NCBI GenBank assembly: GCA_005793375.1
Contig: SXSK01000351.1
Coordinates: 90 to 64,089, forward strand
Length of the DNA: 64,000 bases
Direction of reading: 5' to 3'
Source: Verrucomicrobiales bacterium
Lineage (GTDB): Bacteria; Verrucomicrobiota; Verrucomicrobiia; Limisphaerales; UBA9464
The translations under genes and the position numbers were made by a program. Below are positions 1 through 8,455 of the stretch, piece after piece. The notes beneath the pieces are model-generated. The model had not been told where the DNA came from, ran no database searches, and saw only the letters and a program-made list of their open reading frames with translations. Each line of letters starts with the position of its first letter. Within the stretch, counting starts at the first letter, position 1.

Positions 1-36
1 AATCTAAGTTCCGTCGCGAAGCCAGCCGGAAGAAAA

Positions 37-930
37 TTATAACAATGTAGAATTAGGTACCCATTTCCGCCGTTGTTCCGGCCTTAATTGATTGTGAAAT
101 CGTTCCCTCATTATGCGTAGTTCGCATGAAGCTGGGATAAGGCATACAGCCAAGGGCGCTTGGTCGGTTGGCAGCACTCGGAGTAATGGCTCCTTGGCCC
201 GAAACTGCTTATACTCATCAATCGCTTGTTTCCATTCTACCGGGTACGCGATTTGATGCTTTTCAAGGCTCGCCCAATTCACTGCCTGAACAGGATGTTT
301 GGACTTTCCGGGGCCGTGAGGTTTTACGAGTGATTCCATTAAGACATCATCCAATTGACGTTCGAGGGCCTCTCCGGACAATCGAACGTCAAACCGGATT
401 GCGACGAATACCTTGGGGTCCTTAATTGGAATTGGATGAATCGCAATTGATGAATCGCAACCACCATGCCATAAATCACGTTTTGATACCCCACCGCCTG
501 TATCTTGCTTTAGTTCAATTAGTCCTAAATCCATCGGGGATTCTTGTTCTATATTGAACTGCCGTGGAAGAAATGTGGCTTCGTTCTTGAACGCATTCCT
601 TTGGTCCTCAGTCAGTTTGATCCAAGACTGTTTAGGGTCCAATGAAGCCCAAAGCATTCGGGAGAGAGAGTCACCAACAAACTGCTTTAGCGCTATCCCA
701 TAGCTTGCCAACGGGTCTAGTGGAAGGCGGAGCATGTGTCCCAAGTTCTTTTGATTTTGGATCTCTTTACAATGGGCACTTGACTCGATGTGTGTTCGCC
801 AAAGACGCGGATAGTATTCCGTCCTGCGTAGCATCTCCCAGGCTGCGGCATCGCTCGGCAGTCCATTCGATGTTTCTGTCTCAAACCACCACCAATCGAA
901 GCGTCGTCGTTCTCGAACCGGTTTTTTCAT
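37..930 (-). CDS. Hypothetical protein, island cargo
   Basis: 297-aa ORF on the same strand as the integrase, starting 13 nt after the integrase stop. The N-terminal DAAAWEMLRRTEYY resembles the AWEFLRRNP-type motif I remember from mobile-element DUF6499/DUF2285-like proteins (memory only, not verified). G+C is lower than the surroundings. Confidence 0.55.
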   Translation of the reverse strand: MKKPVRERRRFDWWWFETETSNGLPSDAAAWEMLRRTEYYPRLWRTHIESSAHCKEIQNQKNLGHMLRLPLDPLASYGIALKQFVGDSLSRMLWASLDPKQSWIKLTEDQRNAFKNEATFLPRQFNIEQESPMDLGLIELKQDTGGGVSKRDLWHGGCDSSIAIHPIPIKDPKVFVAIRFDVRLSGEALERQLDDVLMESLVKPHGPGKSKHPVQAVNWASLEKHQIAYPVEWKQAIDEYKQFRAKEPLLRVLPTDQAPLAVCLIPASCELRIMRERFHNQLRPEQRRKWVPNSTLL

Positions 931-943
931 GAGTATATAGTGG

Positions 944-2278
944 TCACATGGAAATTCTTCCCGGCAGAGTGAATGCGTTTAGTGCACCGAAATCTGGATG
1001 AATTGCGAACCACGCTTCGCCTTGGGCTTGTGTCACCAACGCCTTGTAATTTTTGTGCAGCATGCTTGCGCTGTGACCTGCTTGGGTTGCCACTTTTGCC
1101 GGATCGTGGGTCGCTGCCAGCAAGTAGGAACAAAAGCTGTGGCGAAGCCCATTCTTGACCCAGGAGATGCCTACCCTTGCGGCGGTCCGAGCGATCCGGT
1201 GATTCAGCGCTCTATCGGTGGGCGATGGACTTACGGATCCAGATTCGCGCACAAGCGGCGCCAACCAATTGGCACAATTCTCAGGGATGGACACCACCCT
1301 TCGTGAACTCGTCTTGGCTTGGTCTGCCCCGACAATGAGAACCCTTTCGGCCAACCTCACGTTTTCCCAATCGAGTCTCTGAAGCTCCGCAGTCCTCAAA
1401 CCGCAAAAGGCAGCGATACAGATTGCCGGGAGGATGTCGTCGGCAGCCTCGTTCAAGATAGCCCGCAACTGCTCCGGCTTGAATATGCCAATCTCCGTGT
1501 TTTCAACTTTGGGCGCCTCGATCTCGGCGATTTCGTCGCAAAGTTCTCGCGTCACGAATTTCTGCTTTCGCGCGAAATTGAAGAAGGTGCTGAGGATTCG
1601 TTGCACATTGCGCCTCGTGCGGTTTTTTACCGGCTTGCCATCCACAGCGGTCAGTTTGCGAAGGTAGTCTCGTATTTGTGGCGCTGTCAGAGTGGCAATG
1701 GGCGCTTGAAAGGTTTCAGCGAACCGGCCCAGTCGTGATTCCAAGTCGCGAAGATGAACACCTGAGGATCCGCGGGCTTTTTGGTCGGCAATCAATTCAG
1801 CCGCTACCTCTTTCACGGTTCGTCTGACCATCGTGCTGGGGTGGCGTCGAAGATAATCACTGACCACCTCTGCCAGCGAAACTCCCGGTGGAAGCCGATT
1901 TGCCGCAGACACGTATTCATCGACTGCGAGATTCAAAGGCTTTGCCAAAGGCCGAAGCAGCTCCAGCGCTTGAACGTAAACCGCTCGGTCGGATGGCAGT
2001 AGGCGAAGCGCTTCCCCGTCTGCATTGGCCAACTTGATCACTGCCGCTTGGGCTTCGGCTTTGGCCTTGTCCAGGTCCGAGAACCGTTGCCGAACGCGTT
2101 TACCACCCAGCCAATAGCACAGAGCGTACTGGCTGTAAGCCTTCCCAGAAACGGTGACTGGAGTCTCGTAAATCTTAACCTCCGAGGAGCCCTGCTTGAG
2201 GACCATTGGGAACTCGGAACGTGGCGGACGTTGCGCTTTCATGCGCTTATTTGTCCTTAAACCGTCCTTAAAAGTCAA
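944..2278 (-). CDS. Site-specific tyrosine recombinase / phage-type integrase
   Basis: 444-aa ORF. The C-terminal catalytic pattern is typical of tyrosine recombinases (CGLRTAELQRLDWENV ... NGLRHSFCSYLLAATHDPAKVATQAGHSASMLHKNYKAL, i.e. R...HxxR...Y). It lies next to the tmRNA 3' end. The true start may be M13 (2242) or M25 (2206). Confidence 0.9.
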   Translation of the reverse strand: MTFKDGLRTNKRMKAQRPPRSEFPMVLKQGSSEVKIYETPVTVSGKAYSQYALCYWLGGKRVRQRFSDLDKAKAEAQAAVIKLANADGEALRLLPSDRAVYVQALELLRPLAKPLNLAVDEYVSAANRLPPGVSLAEVVSDYLRRHPSTMVRRTVKEVAAELIADQKARGSSGVHLRDLESRLGRFAETFQAPIATLTAPQIRDYLRKLTAVDGKPVKNRTRRNVQRILSTFFNFARKQKFVTRELCDEIAEIEAPKVENTEIGIFKPEQLRAILNEAADDILPAICIAAFCGLRTAELQRLDWENVRLAERVLIVGADQAKTSSRRVVSIPENCANWLAPLVRESGSVSPSPTDRALNHRIARTAARVGISWVKNGLRHSFCSYLLAATHDPAKVATQAGHSASMLHKNYKALVTQAQGEAWFAIHPDFGALNAFTLPGRISM

Positions 2279-2304
2279 CCGTGCTCAAAAACCCCAATAA
2301 AAAA

Positions 2305-2659
2305 TGGTGGAGGCGGCGGGAGTTGAACCCGCGTCCCATGGCGTTCTCGTAAGAGATGACTACATGCTTAGTTGATCAGACTTTTCTACGAGATCGTAAC
2401 GGACCAACCACGATCGATCCCGCCTAGCTCGCATGTAAATGTCGGCAGGTACCGCGCGAACTCCAGCACCCACCCAACCTGCTAATGGCGTTCGTCTCAG
2501 TCAGCAGGCGTCGCTGAGGGAACGTCGCGGTGGTTTAGGCCGCGAGAGCCAACTCTTCGTTAGCAATTAATGTTTTGGTCCGGTTTTTAACGAGGCAAAC
2601 GTACCATCCTCGGCATGCCACCGCAAACGGGCTCACCAGGTCGAAACCAGTACGCCCCC
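2305..2659 (-). ncRNA. ssrA: tmRNA (transfer-messenger RNA)
   Basis: The minus-strand RNA starts GGGGGCGUACUGGUUUCGACC and ends GGGUUCAACUCCCGCCGCCUCCACCA. The acceptor stem GGGGGCG/CGCCUCC contains the G3-U pair expected for alanine charging. An internal reading frame ...ACA UUA AUU GCU AAC GAA GAG UUG GCU CUC GCG GCC UAA encodes a tag ending IANEELALAA. Length is 355 nt. The resume codon is not assigned. Confidence 0.95.
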
Positions 2660-2716
2660 ATCACAGTAACGATCACTAACCTAACGGCGACAAACTCGTC
2701 CCAATCGCACTAGAAG

Positions 2717-4126
2717 TCAAATGCGCTCGAAATAGCGCTGTTTCTCCCAGTCGGTCACGGCATCACTAAACGCCTGATGCTCTAACCGGGCGTGATGCAC
2801 ATAAAATTCAACCACCTCGGAGCCAAACGCTCGCTTGGCCAAGTCCGAATTCTCAAACAAATCGGTCGCGTCCCTAAGACTGCTCGGTAATCGCGCCAGC
2901 TTCGGATCCAAGTAGGCATTGCCGACGTACGGGTCACCGCAGTCCAAACCTTCATCCACACCGGCAAGCCCCGCCGCCAACATCGCCGCGAAGGCCAGAT
3001 ATGGGTTCGCATCCGCCCCAGGCATCCGGTTTTCCGGTCGGAACCCGTTCCCATGACCAACGACTCTGAAACCGGTCGTCCGGTTGTCGGTCGCCCACGC
3101 CATTCGGGTCGGTGCCCAGGAACCCGGCTGATACCGTTTGTAACTGTTAATCGTCGGCGCATAAAACAAACACAACTCCGGCGAATATTTCATCAAGCCA
3201 CCCAGAAACTGTCGAAACATTGGCGAGGCTTGTTTCGACACGTCGAGCTGGCCATCGGCACCCCCTGTCGCGATCGGCCCACGCGCGGCCTTCTTGGCGG
3301 AGGGTTGCTGCCAAAACAGGTTCTTCCCGTCCTTCCAAAGGCTCATGTGGATGTGACACGAATTCCCAGCTTCGGTCGGAGAGTACTTGGCCATGAACGT
3401 CACGCTTTTCCCATGTTGCTCAGCGATTTCTTTGACCCCTTGCTTGAAAAGGACATGCATATCCGCCATCGGGAGGGGCTCGGCATAGGTGAAGTTGATC
3501 TCATGTTGCCCGCGGCTCCACTCGCCTTTGCTGCTCTCCACTGGTACCCGTGCAGCCGTCAGTTGATTCCGCAACGCCCGCATCAGGGGCTCGTCGCGAG
3601 TTGGTTGCATCAGGTTGTAATCGATTCGGTAGTCGCTCGAGGGTTGAAGCTCGCGGTAACCACTGGTGAAGGCGGAATGGAAGGTCTGGTTGAAGAGATA
3701 AAATTCCAATTCACTCGCACAGTAACAGGTCATTCCGAGTTCGGCGACGCGTTCGAGTTGGCGGCGGAGCACGGAGCGAGGCGATTCGGCTACCAGGGAA
3801 CCATCGTGCTTATGGAAATCGCAAATCACCAACGCTGCGCCGGGCTGCCAGGGCAGGGGGCGTATCGTGTCGAGGTTGGGTCGCATCTCGAAATCACCGA
3901 AGCCAGCATCCCAATTGGCGACCTTAAACCCGTCCAAGGGATCCATCTCCATATTAACCGTGAGGAGATAATTGCAGCCATGCGTCCCGTGCTTGGCGAC
4001 GGAATCGAGATAGAAGTCTGCCCGAAAGCGCTTGCCAACAAGACGACCGAAAGGATCGGGAATCGCGACCAATACCGTGTCAATCGAACCGTCGGTCACA
4101 GCAGCCTTGAGCTGGGCAAGTGTCAT
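2717..4126 (-). CDS. Glutamine synthetase family protein (GlnA-like / gamma-glutamyl-amine ligase type)
   Basis: The maximal ORF is 489 aa. The likely start is MTLAQLKAAVTDGSIDTVLVAIPDPFGRLVGKRF (M21, 4126). GS catalytic-domain patterns are present (NSCHIHMSLW, NRTTGFRV, ENRMPGADANPYLAFAAMLAAGL). Confidence 0.88.
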   Translation of the reverse strand: MTLAQLKAAVTDGSIDTVLVAIPDPFGRLVGKRFRADFYLDSVAKHGTHGCNYLLTVNMEMDPLDGFKVANWDAGFGDFEMRPNLDTIRPLPWQPGAALVICDFHKHDGSLVAESPRSVLRRQLERVAELGMTCYCASELEFYLFNQTFHSAFTSGYRELQPSSDYRIDYNLMQPTRDEPLMRALRNQLTAARVPVESSKGEWSRGQHEINFTYAEPLPMADMHVLFKQGVKEIAEQHGKSVTFMAKYSPTEAGNSCHIHMSLWKDGKNLFWQQPSAKKAARGPIATGGADGQLDVSKQASPMFRQFLGGLMKYSPELCLFYAPTINSYKRYQPGSWAPTRMAWATDNRTTGFRVVGHGNGFRPENRMPGADANPYLAFAAMLAAGLAGVDEGLDCGDPYVGNAYLDPKLARLPSSLRDATDLFENSDLAKRAFGSEVVEFYVHHARLEHQAFSDAVTDWEKQRYFERI

Positions 4127-4288
4127 GTCGGGAGAGGTTACGTCGGATGGACACAGAAGGGAAGCCCAGGACGGCAACCAGCTCAAGCAAGCTGCCGTCG
4201 GACTCGAGAGGGTGAATTAGTGGCCCGAGTTTCCTGAAGATTTCCTGGAGACACTTCCCCAAAAGTGTAACAACTCCGAATCTCTCCT

Positions 4289-5533
4289 ATGACACGCACC
4301 GCCCGTTTAGCGGTTCTAATTGCCTCCTTTGCCGGCCTTCTGTTCGACGGCTGGGAGCTCGGCTTGATGCCGATTGCCTCGTTGTCCGTCACGAAAAGCA
4401 TTTTGGGAGCCGGTTATACGGACGCTCTCGGGGGCGAATGGTTTGCCCGATTTACTGCCGGGTTGATGTTTGGCGCAGCCATTGGAGGAATTTGGCTCGG
4501 AAACTTGGGGGACCAGATCGGCCGGGTACGTGCGATGGGTCTGAGCATCCTTTTGTATTCGGTTTTTGCGGGTTTGGGGGCGTTTGTAGACAGTCTGGAG
4601 CAGATGCTCGTGCTTCGGTTTCTGTCGGGGCTTGGCGTTGGGGGCATGTGGCCGAACGGAGTCGCTTTGGTTGCTGAGTGCTGGCCCAAGACATCGCGTC
4701 CACTGGTCTCGGGCATTATGGGGGCTGGGATGAATGCGGGCGTGCTGACCCTTTCGCAAGTGGCGCGTTTTCATCCGATCACATCGGATTCATGGCGTTG
4801 GTTGTTTGGCTGGAGTGCGGTACCTGCCACCTTGGGAGTGGTGGTACTTCTGGCGTTGCCTGAATCCCCGCGGTGGCTGGCGAGTCGAGCACTGAGCTCA
4901 ACCCAGATCAAATCTCCCGCCGCTTTCCGTGAACTCTTTCGTCCCCCGTTATTGCGGCTCACCTTGATTGGTATTGCGCTGGGCAGCATCCCGCTGGTGG
5001 GGGCTTGGTCCGCCAGCAAATGGATGATTCCCTGGGCCGATAAGCTTGGAGGAACTGCGTTGCCCGGCTACAAGGCCCTCACTCAGGGTTGGTGGGCGTT
5101 AGGTTCCACTCTAGGCAGCTTTTTTGGTGCCCAAATCGCAGGTCTATTAGGACGCCGCCTGACTTACTTCCTGATCAGCCTCGGCGCCGTGACAAGCACG
5201 CTGGTCTTGTTCAATTTTACCGCACCTCTGCAAGCCACTTTCCTCCCCATCGTCTTCGTCCAAGGGTTTGTTGCGACCCTGTTTTTCGGATGGCTGCCTT
5301 TGTATCTCCCTGAGTTATTTCCCACTCGCATACGGGCCACCGGCAGCGGACTGAGTTACAACAGTGGACGATTTGTCACAGCGGTGTTGGTCTTCGCCGC
5401 TTCCGCACTTTTTGTGGTTTTTCATGGAGATTACTCCAAAGTCGGTTCCGTCTGCGCCCTAGTATACGGCCTGGGCATGATTGTCATTTTTTGGGCACCG
5501 GACACCACCGGGAAATCGTTGGACGACACCTGA
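4289..5533 (+). CDS. MFS transporter
   Basis: 414 aa and strongly hydrophobic, with about 12 predicted helices by eye. An MFS-like loop GDQIGRVRAMGLSILLYSVF is present. It is divergent from the GS-family gene. Confidence 0.8.
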   Translation: MTRTARLAVLIASFAGLLFDGWELGLMPIASLSVTKSILGAGYTDALGGEWFARFTAGLMFGAAIGGIWLGNLGDQIGRVRAMGLSILLYSVFAGLGAFVDSLEQMLVLRFLSGLGVGGMWPNGVALVAECWPKTSRPLVSGIMGAGMNAGVLTLSQVARFHPITSDSWRWLFGWSAVPATLGVVVLLALPESPRWLASRALSSTQIKSPAAFRELFRPPLLRLTLIGIALGSIPLVGAWSASKWMIPWADKLGGTALPGYKALTQGWWALGSTLGSFFGAQIAGLLGRRLTYFLISLGAVTSTLVLFNFTAPLQATFLPIVFVQGFVATLFFGWLPLYLPELFPTRIRATGSGLSYNSGRFVTAVLVFAASALFVVFHGDYSKVGSVCALVYGLGMIVIFWAPDTTGKSLDDT

Positions 5534-5766
5534 GCCTTAGCGATTGCCGCGAAACTAGATCCTTGCCTTCGCCGAGCGACACAAGCATGTATGCATTAAC
5601 AACCACTGCGAGCCTAGAAACTGGAAGTTTGGGAAGCTCAAGGAACGTGTCGGGCTTGGAGGGGGGCGACTACGTTCCAGTGACCCGGCTGGATTTGAAT
5701 TTTCTGATGACAGGCGAACCGTGAAACCCGAACTGCATACAACATAAACCAGGGAACGAATCATTC

Positions 5767-6984
5767 ATGACATCAATTCTACGATACGGCGCCGCCAATG
5801 ACCGTCGACGCCTCTTTCAACCATTCGGCTACGGTTTCGAGTTGGCCTTGACTGTTGGACTTTTCGTTACTTGCGCGCTGGCCTTAACAGCGCACGCTGC
5901 GGATAAGCCCAAATTTCAATACGAGTCCGGTGATATTCATGTGAGCCTGCCTAGCGCTGACGAGCCGCGCGTAGCGACGTTCGGCCCGATATCGTTGAAG
6001 GCGGCGGCGAAGTATCTCGAGGACGGCGCGGTGTGCTGGGTGAGGGAGAATTCGTGCGTCAACTGCCACACCACCGGCCCCTACATGACCGAGCGCACGG
6101 CTTGGACTCGGCAGTTTGGCAAGCCGAGCGACGAAGTGCTGGCGGACTTCGTGAAATCGGTGCCGGTGGAAATCAAGCCGGTGAAGGAGTCGGACAAGAA
6201 CGGGCACCGGTTTTACCCTGGCACGTTCAGCAGTGTGTGGCGGGCTCTCAGCCTGGCCGAGTGGGACCGGCACCTCAGGGGCAAGACCTCCGAGCCGACA
6301 GAGCGAGCGCTTCGCGATATGTTTGCTCGCCAGTCTTCGAGCGGGGCGTTCGTCAGTCACGGTGAGGTGGAAATTCCGCACATCACCACCGACTTTGAAC
6401 TGACGCTCCAGGCCGCGCGCGCCATCACCGCTGCGCCTGGTTGGCTCGCGGGGTTGAAGGATGAATCGTTGCGCACCGGTGTCGCGAAGATGAAAGACTG
6501 GCTGCGCACATCCGTTCCGAAGAACGATTTCGACCGCATCCTGAAATTGCAACTCGGACTCTATCTGCCCGAACTGGTATCGCAGAAGGAACGTGACGCC
6601 GCCATGGCGCTGCTTTCCTCCAAGCAACACGCGGATGGCGGTTGGTGCGTCCGAGACATGTCCGCGCTCGACGACTGGCATTTCGAGATCAGCGACACCG
6701 TGCGGAAACTCATCTTGAATCTCCCTGACGCCGCAAATCCCCAGAGCGACGCCTACATGACGTCGCTCGCCATTGTGCTGATGCGCCAGAGCAACGTGCC
6801 TGTGGCCGACCCGCGTATCCAGCGAGGCCTTGCGTGGCTGAAGCGCGAGCAGCGCGCGAGCGGGCGTTGGTGGATGCACTCGCTCTATCGCGGCAATTAT
6901 CACTACATCACCTACATCGCCACTGCCGAGGCGCTGAAGGCCTTGGATCTTTGCGGTGAACTGGCCGCGGTCTCGGCCAACTGA
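5767..6984 (+). CDS. Exported protein with an N-terminal CxxCH motif and a prenyltransferase/squalene-cyclase-like repeat region (tentative)
   Basis: 405 aa. A hydrophobic signal-like segment (LALTVGLFVTCALALTAHA) is followed by ENSCVNCHTTGPY (CxxCH). The C-terminal part has repeats of the QHADGGW / RASGRWW type seen in alpha/alpha-toroid terpenoid cyclase-like folds. Confidence 0.6.
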   Translation: MTSILRYGAANDRRRLFQPFGYGFELALTVGLFVTCALALTAHAADKPKFQYESGDIHVSLPSADEPRVATFGPISLKAAAKYLEDGAVCWVRENSCVNCHTTGPYMTERTAWTRQFGKPSDEVLADFVKSVPVEIKPVKESDKNGHRFYPGTFSSVWRALSLAEWDRHLRGKTSEPTERALRDMFARQSSSGAFVSHGEVEIPHITTDFELTLQAARAITAAPGWLAGLKDESLRTGVAKMKDWLRTSVPKNDFDRILKLQLGLYLPELVSQKERDAAMALLSSKQHADGGWCVRDMSALDDWHFEISDTVRKLILNLPDAANPQSDAYMTSLAIVLMRQSNVPVADPRIQRGLAWLKREQRASGRWWMHSLYRGNYHYITYIATAEALKALDLCGELAAVSAN

Positions 6985-7280
6985 ACTGATTTGCCAGCCC
7001 GCTCATCTACAGCTTGTTTGTCGCGGTCATTGGCACCGTGCAGGAGGGCTGCGCCGAACGTTCGATGGAAGTTCTGCGCCGTTTGTCCGCGCTGAAGGTT
7101 CGTGTTGCGACGCGAAGGGGTCGTCCGCCTGGCGATCTACGGTGTTTACATTGGCGTGCTCGTCGCAGCCACAGTGTGGCAGAATCGTTGATTTTTCGGG
7201 AAAGGCGCCAAAAACACTCGATGCATCAAAGCCAATGTGGCTGAATTGCCGGGAGGCCGATCCTCCCATGCGGGAAAATC

Positions 7281-8453
7281 ATGAACCTTGAATGCATTCA
7301 GCGTGAACTTCAGAAGGCCGGTCTCGACGGCTGGCTCTTTTTCGACCACCACGAGCGTGACCCTCTTGCCTATCGGGTGCTGGGACTAAAGCCTCCGGGC
7401 CACGTGAGCCGGCGCTGGTATTATTTCATTCCCTGTCAGGGCGAACCGCGCGGGTTGGTTCATCAAGTGGAGCCGCATGTTCTCGATCCCTTGCCCGGTG
7501 CCAAGATTCCTTACGCCCGTTGGCAGGAGCAGGAGGCTGGGTTGCGGAGGCTGCTCCAAGACGCAAGAAGGGTTGCCATGCAGTACTCACCCCGGTGCGC
7601 CGTTCCTTATGTGGCCAACGTGGACGCGGGTACGGTGGAATGGATCCGCAGCCTCGGCGTCGACGTGGTCAGTTCGGCGGAGTTGATCCAGATTTTTGAG
7701 GCGACGTGGACGCCGGCACAATTGGAGATGCACCTTGAGGCGGGGCGTCGGGTGGACCGGATTCGGCACGAAGCCTTCGAACACATCCAACAAGCCACGC
7801 GCGATGGGCGTCCGCTCGACGAGTACGGCGTCCAACAATTCGTCATGCGACGGTTTCTAGACTGCGGACTGGTCACCAATTGGCCTCCAATCGTGGGCGC
7901 CAATATCAACGCAGCGGACTCGCACTATTCACCTCCCGAGTTGGGTAGCGCCTCCATTCGTCGTGGCGACCTGGTGCTGCTGGACCTGTGGGCCAAGCTC
8001 AATGAGCCGGACGCAGTCTATTACGATATCACTTGGATGGCTTATTGCGGGGAGGAGGTGCCCGCGCCGATGCGAGAGGCGTTTGCGGTCGTGGTGGGCG
8101 CTCGAGATGCCGGCATCAAGCTGGTCCGAGAAACCATGGCGGCGGGCCGCAAGCTCCGGGGTTTTGAGGTGGATGACGCAGTGGCGGGCCACATTCAGAC
8201 CTGCGGCTACGGGCCCAACATTCGGCACCGCACCGGCCATTCCATCGGGCGTGACGTACACGGCGTGGGGGCTAACATGGACAACATGGAGACGCACGAC
8301 GAACGGCCCGTTATCCCGTGGACATGTTTTTCCGTGGAACCAGCGCTCTACCTGCCGACCTTCGGGGTGAGGACAGAAGTCAACGTGTTCGTCGAGGAAC
8401 GCGGCGCGCGCGTGACCGGCGAAATGCAAACCGAATTTGTGCGGCTGTACTGA
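7281..8453 (+). CDS. M24 family metallopeptidase (Xaa-Pro aminopeptidase-like)
   Basis: 390 aa. It has the pita-bread fold metal-ligand pattern DLVLLDLWA ... HRTGHSIGRDVHG ... FSVEPALY ... RTEVNV. Confidence 0.85.
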   Translation: MNLECIQRELQKAGLDGWLFFDHHERDPLAYRVLGLKPPGHVSRRWYYFIPCQGEPRGLVHQVEPHVLDPLPGAKIPYARWQEQEAGLRRLLQDARRVAMQYSPRCAVPYVANVDAGTVEWIRSLGVDVVSSAELIQIFEATWTPAQLEMHLEAGRRVDRIRHEAFEHIQQATRDGRPLDEYGVQQFVMRRFLDCGLVTNWPPIVGANINAADSHYSPPELGSASIRRGDLVLLDLWAKLNEPDAVYYDITWMAYCGEEVPAPMREAFAVVVGARDAGIKLVRETMAAGRKLRGFEVDDAVAGHIQTCGYGPNIRHRTGHSIGRDVHGVGANMDNMETHDERPVIPWTCFSVEPALYLPTFGVRTEVNVFVEERGARVTGEMQTEFVRLY

Positions 8454-8455
8454 TT

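Larger units (their letters stand above)
1..2304. mobile_element. Integrase-proximal end of a genomic island integrated at the 3' end of ssrA (tmRNA); the island continues leftwards off the window
   Basis: The tyrosine integrase ORF ends its 5' side 27 bp from the tmRNA CCA end. The neighbouring ORF 37..930 is visibly AT-richer: my hand counts of a few 60-nt lines give roughly 40-47% G+C, against roughly 55-63% in core genes. No second att copy is visible inside the window. Confidence 0.6.

Noticed and set aside
3053-4237. 394-aa ORF on the plus strand opposite the glutamine synthetase family gene
   Set aside because: It lies entirely antisense to a gene with clear family motifs. The translation is Arg/Gly/Pro-rich with no recognisable domain, which is typical of shadow ORFs in GC-rich DNA.
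5884-6903. 339-aa minus-strand ORF overlapping the 5767..6984 gene
   Set aside because: It is an antisense shadow ORF with low-complexity, Arg/Ala/His-rich content. The plus-strand frame has a signal peptide and repeat motifs.
8318-8455. Upstream extension of the PDZ/HEAT protein ORF (track start 8318), overlapping the M24 peptidase gene by 136 nt
   Set aside because: The extension is Arg-rich and has no signal peptide. A Met followed by a clean signal peptide occurs at 8456, right after the peptidase stop.
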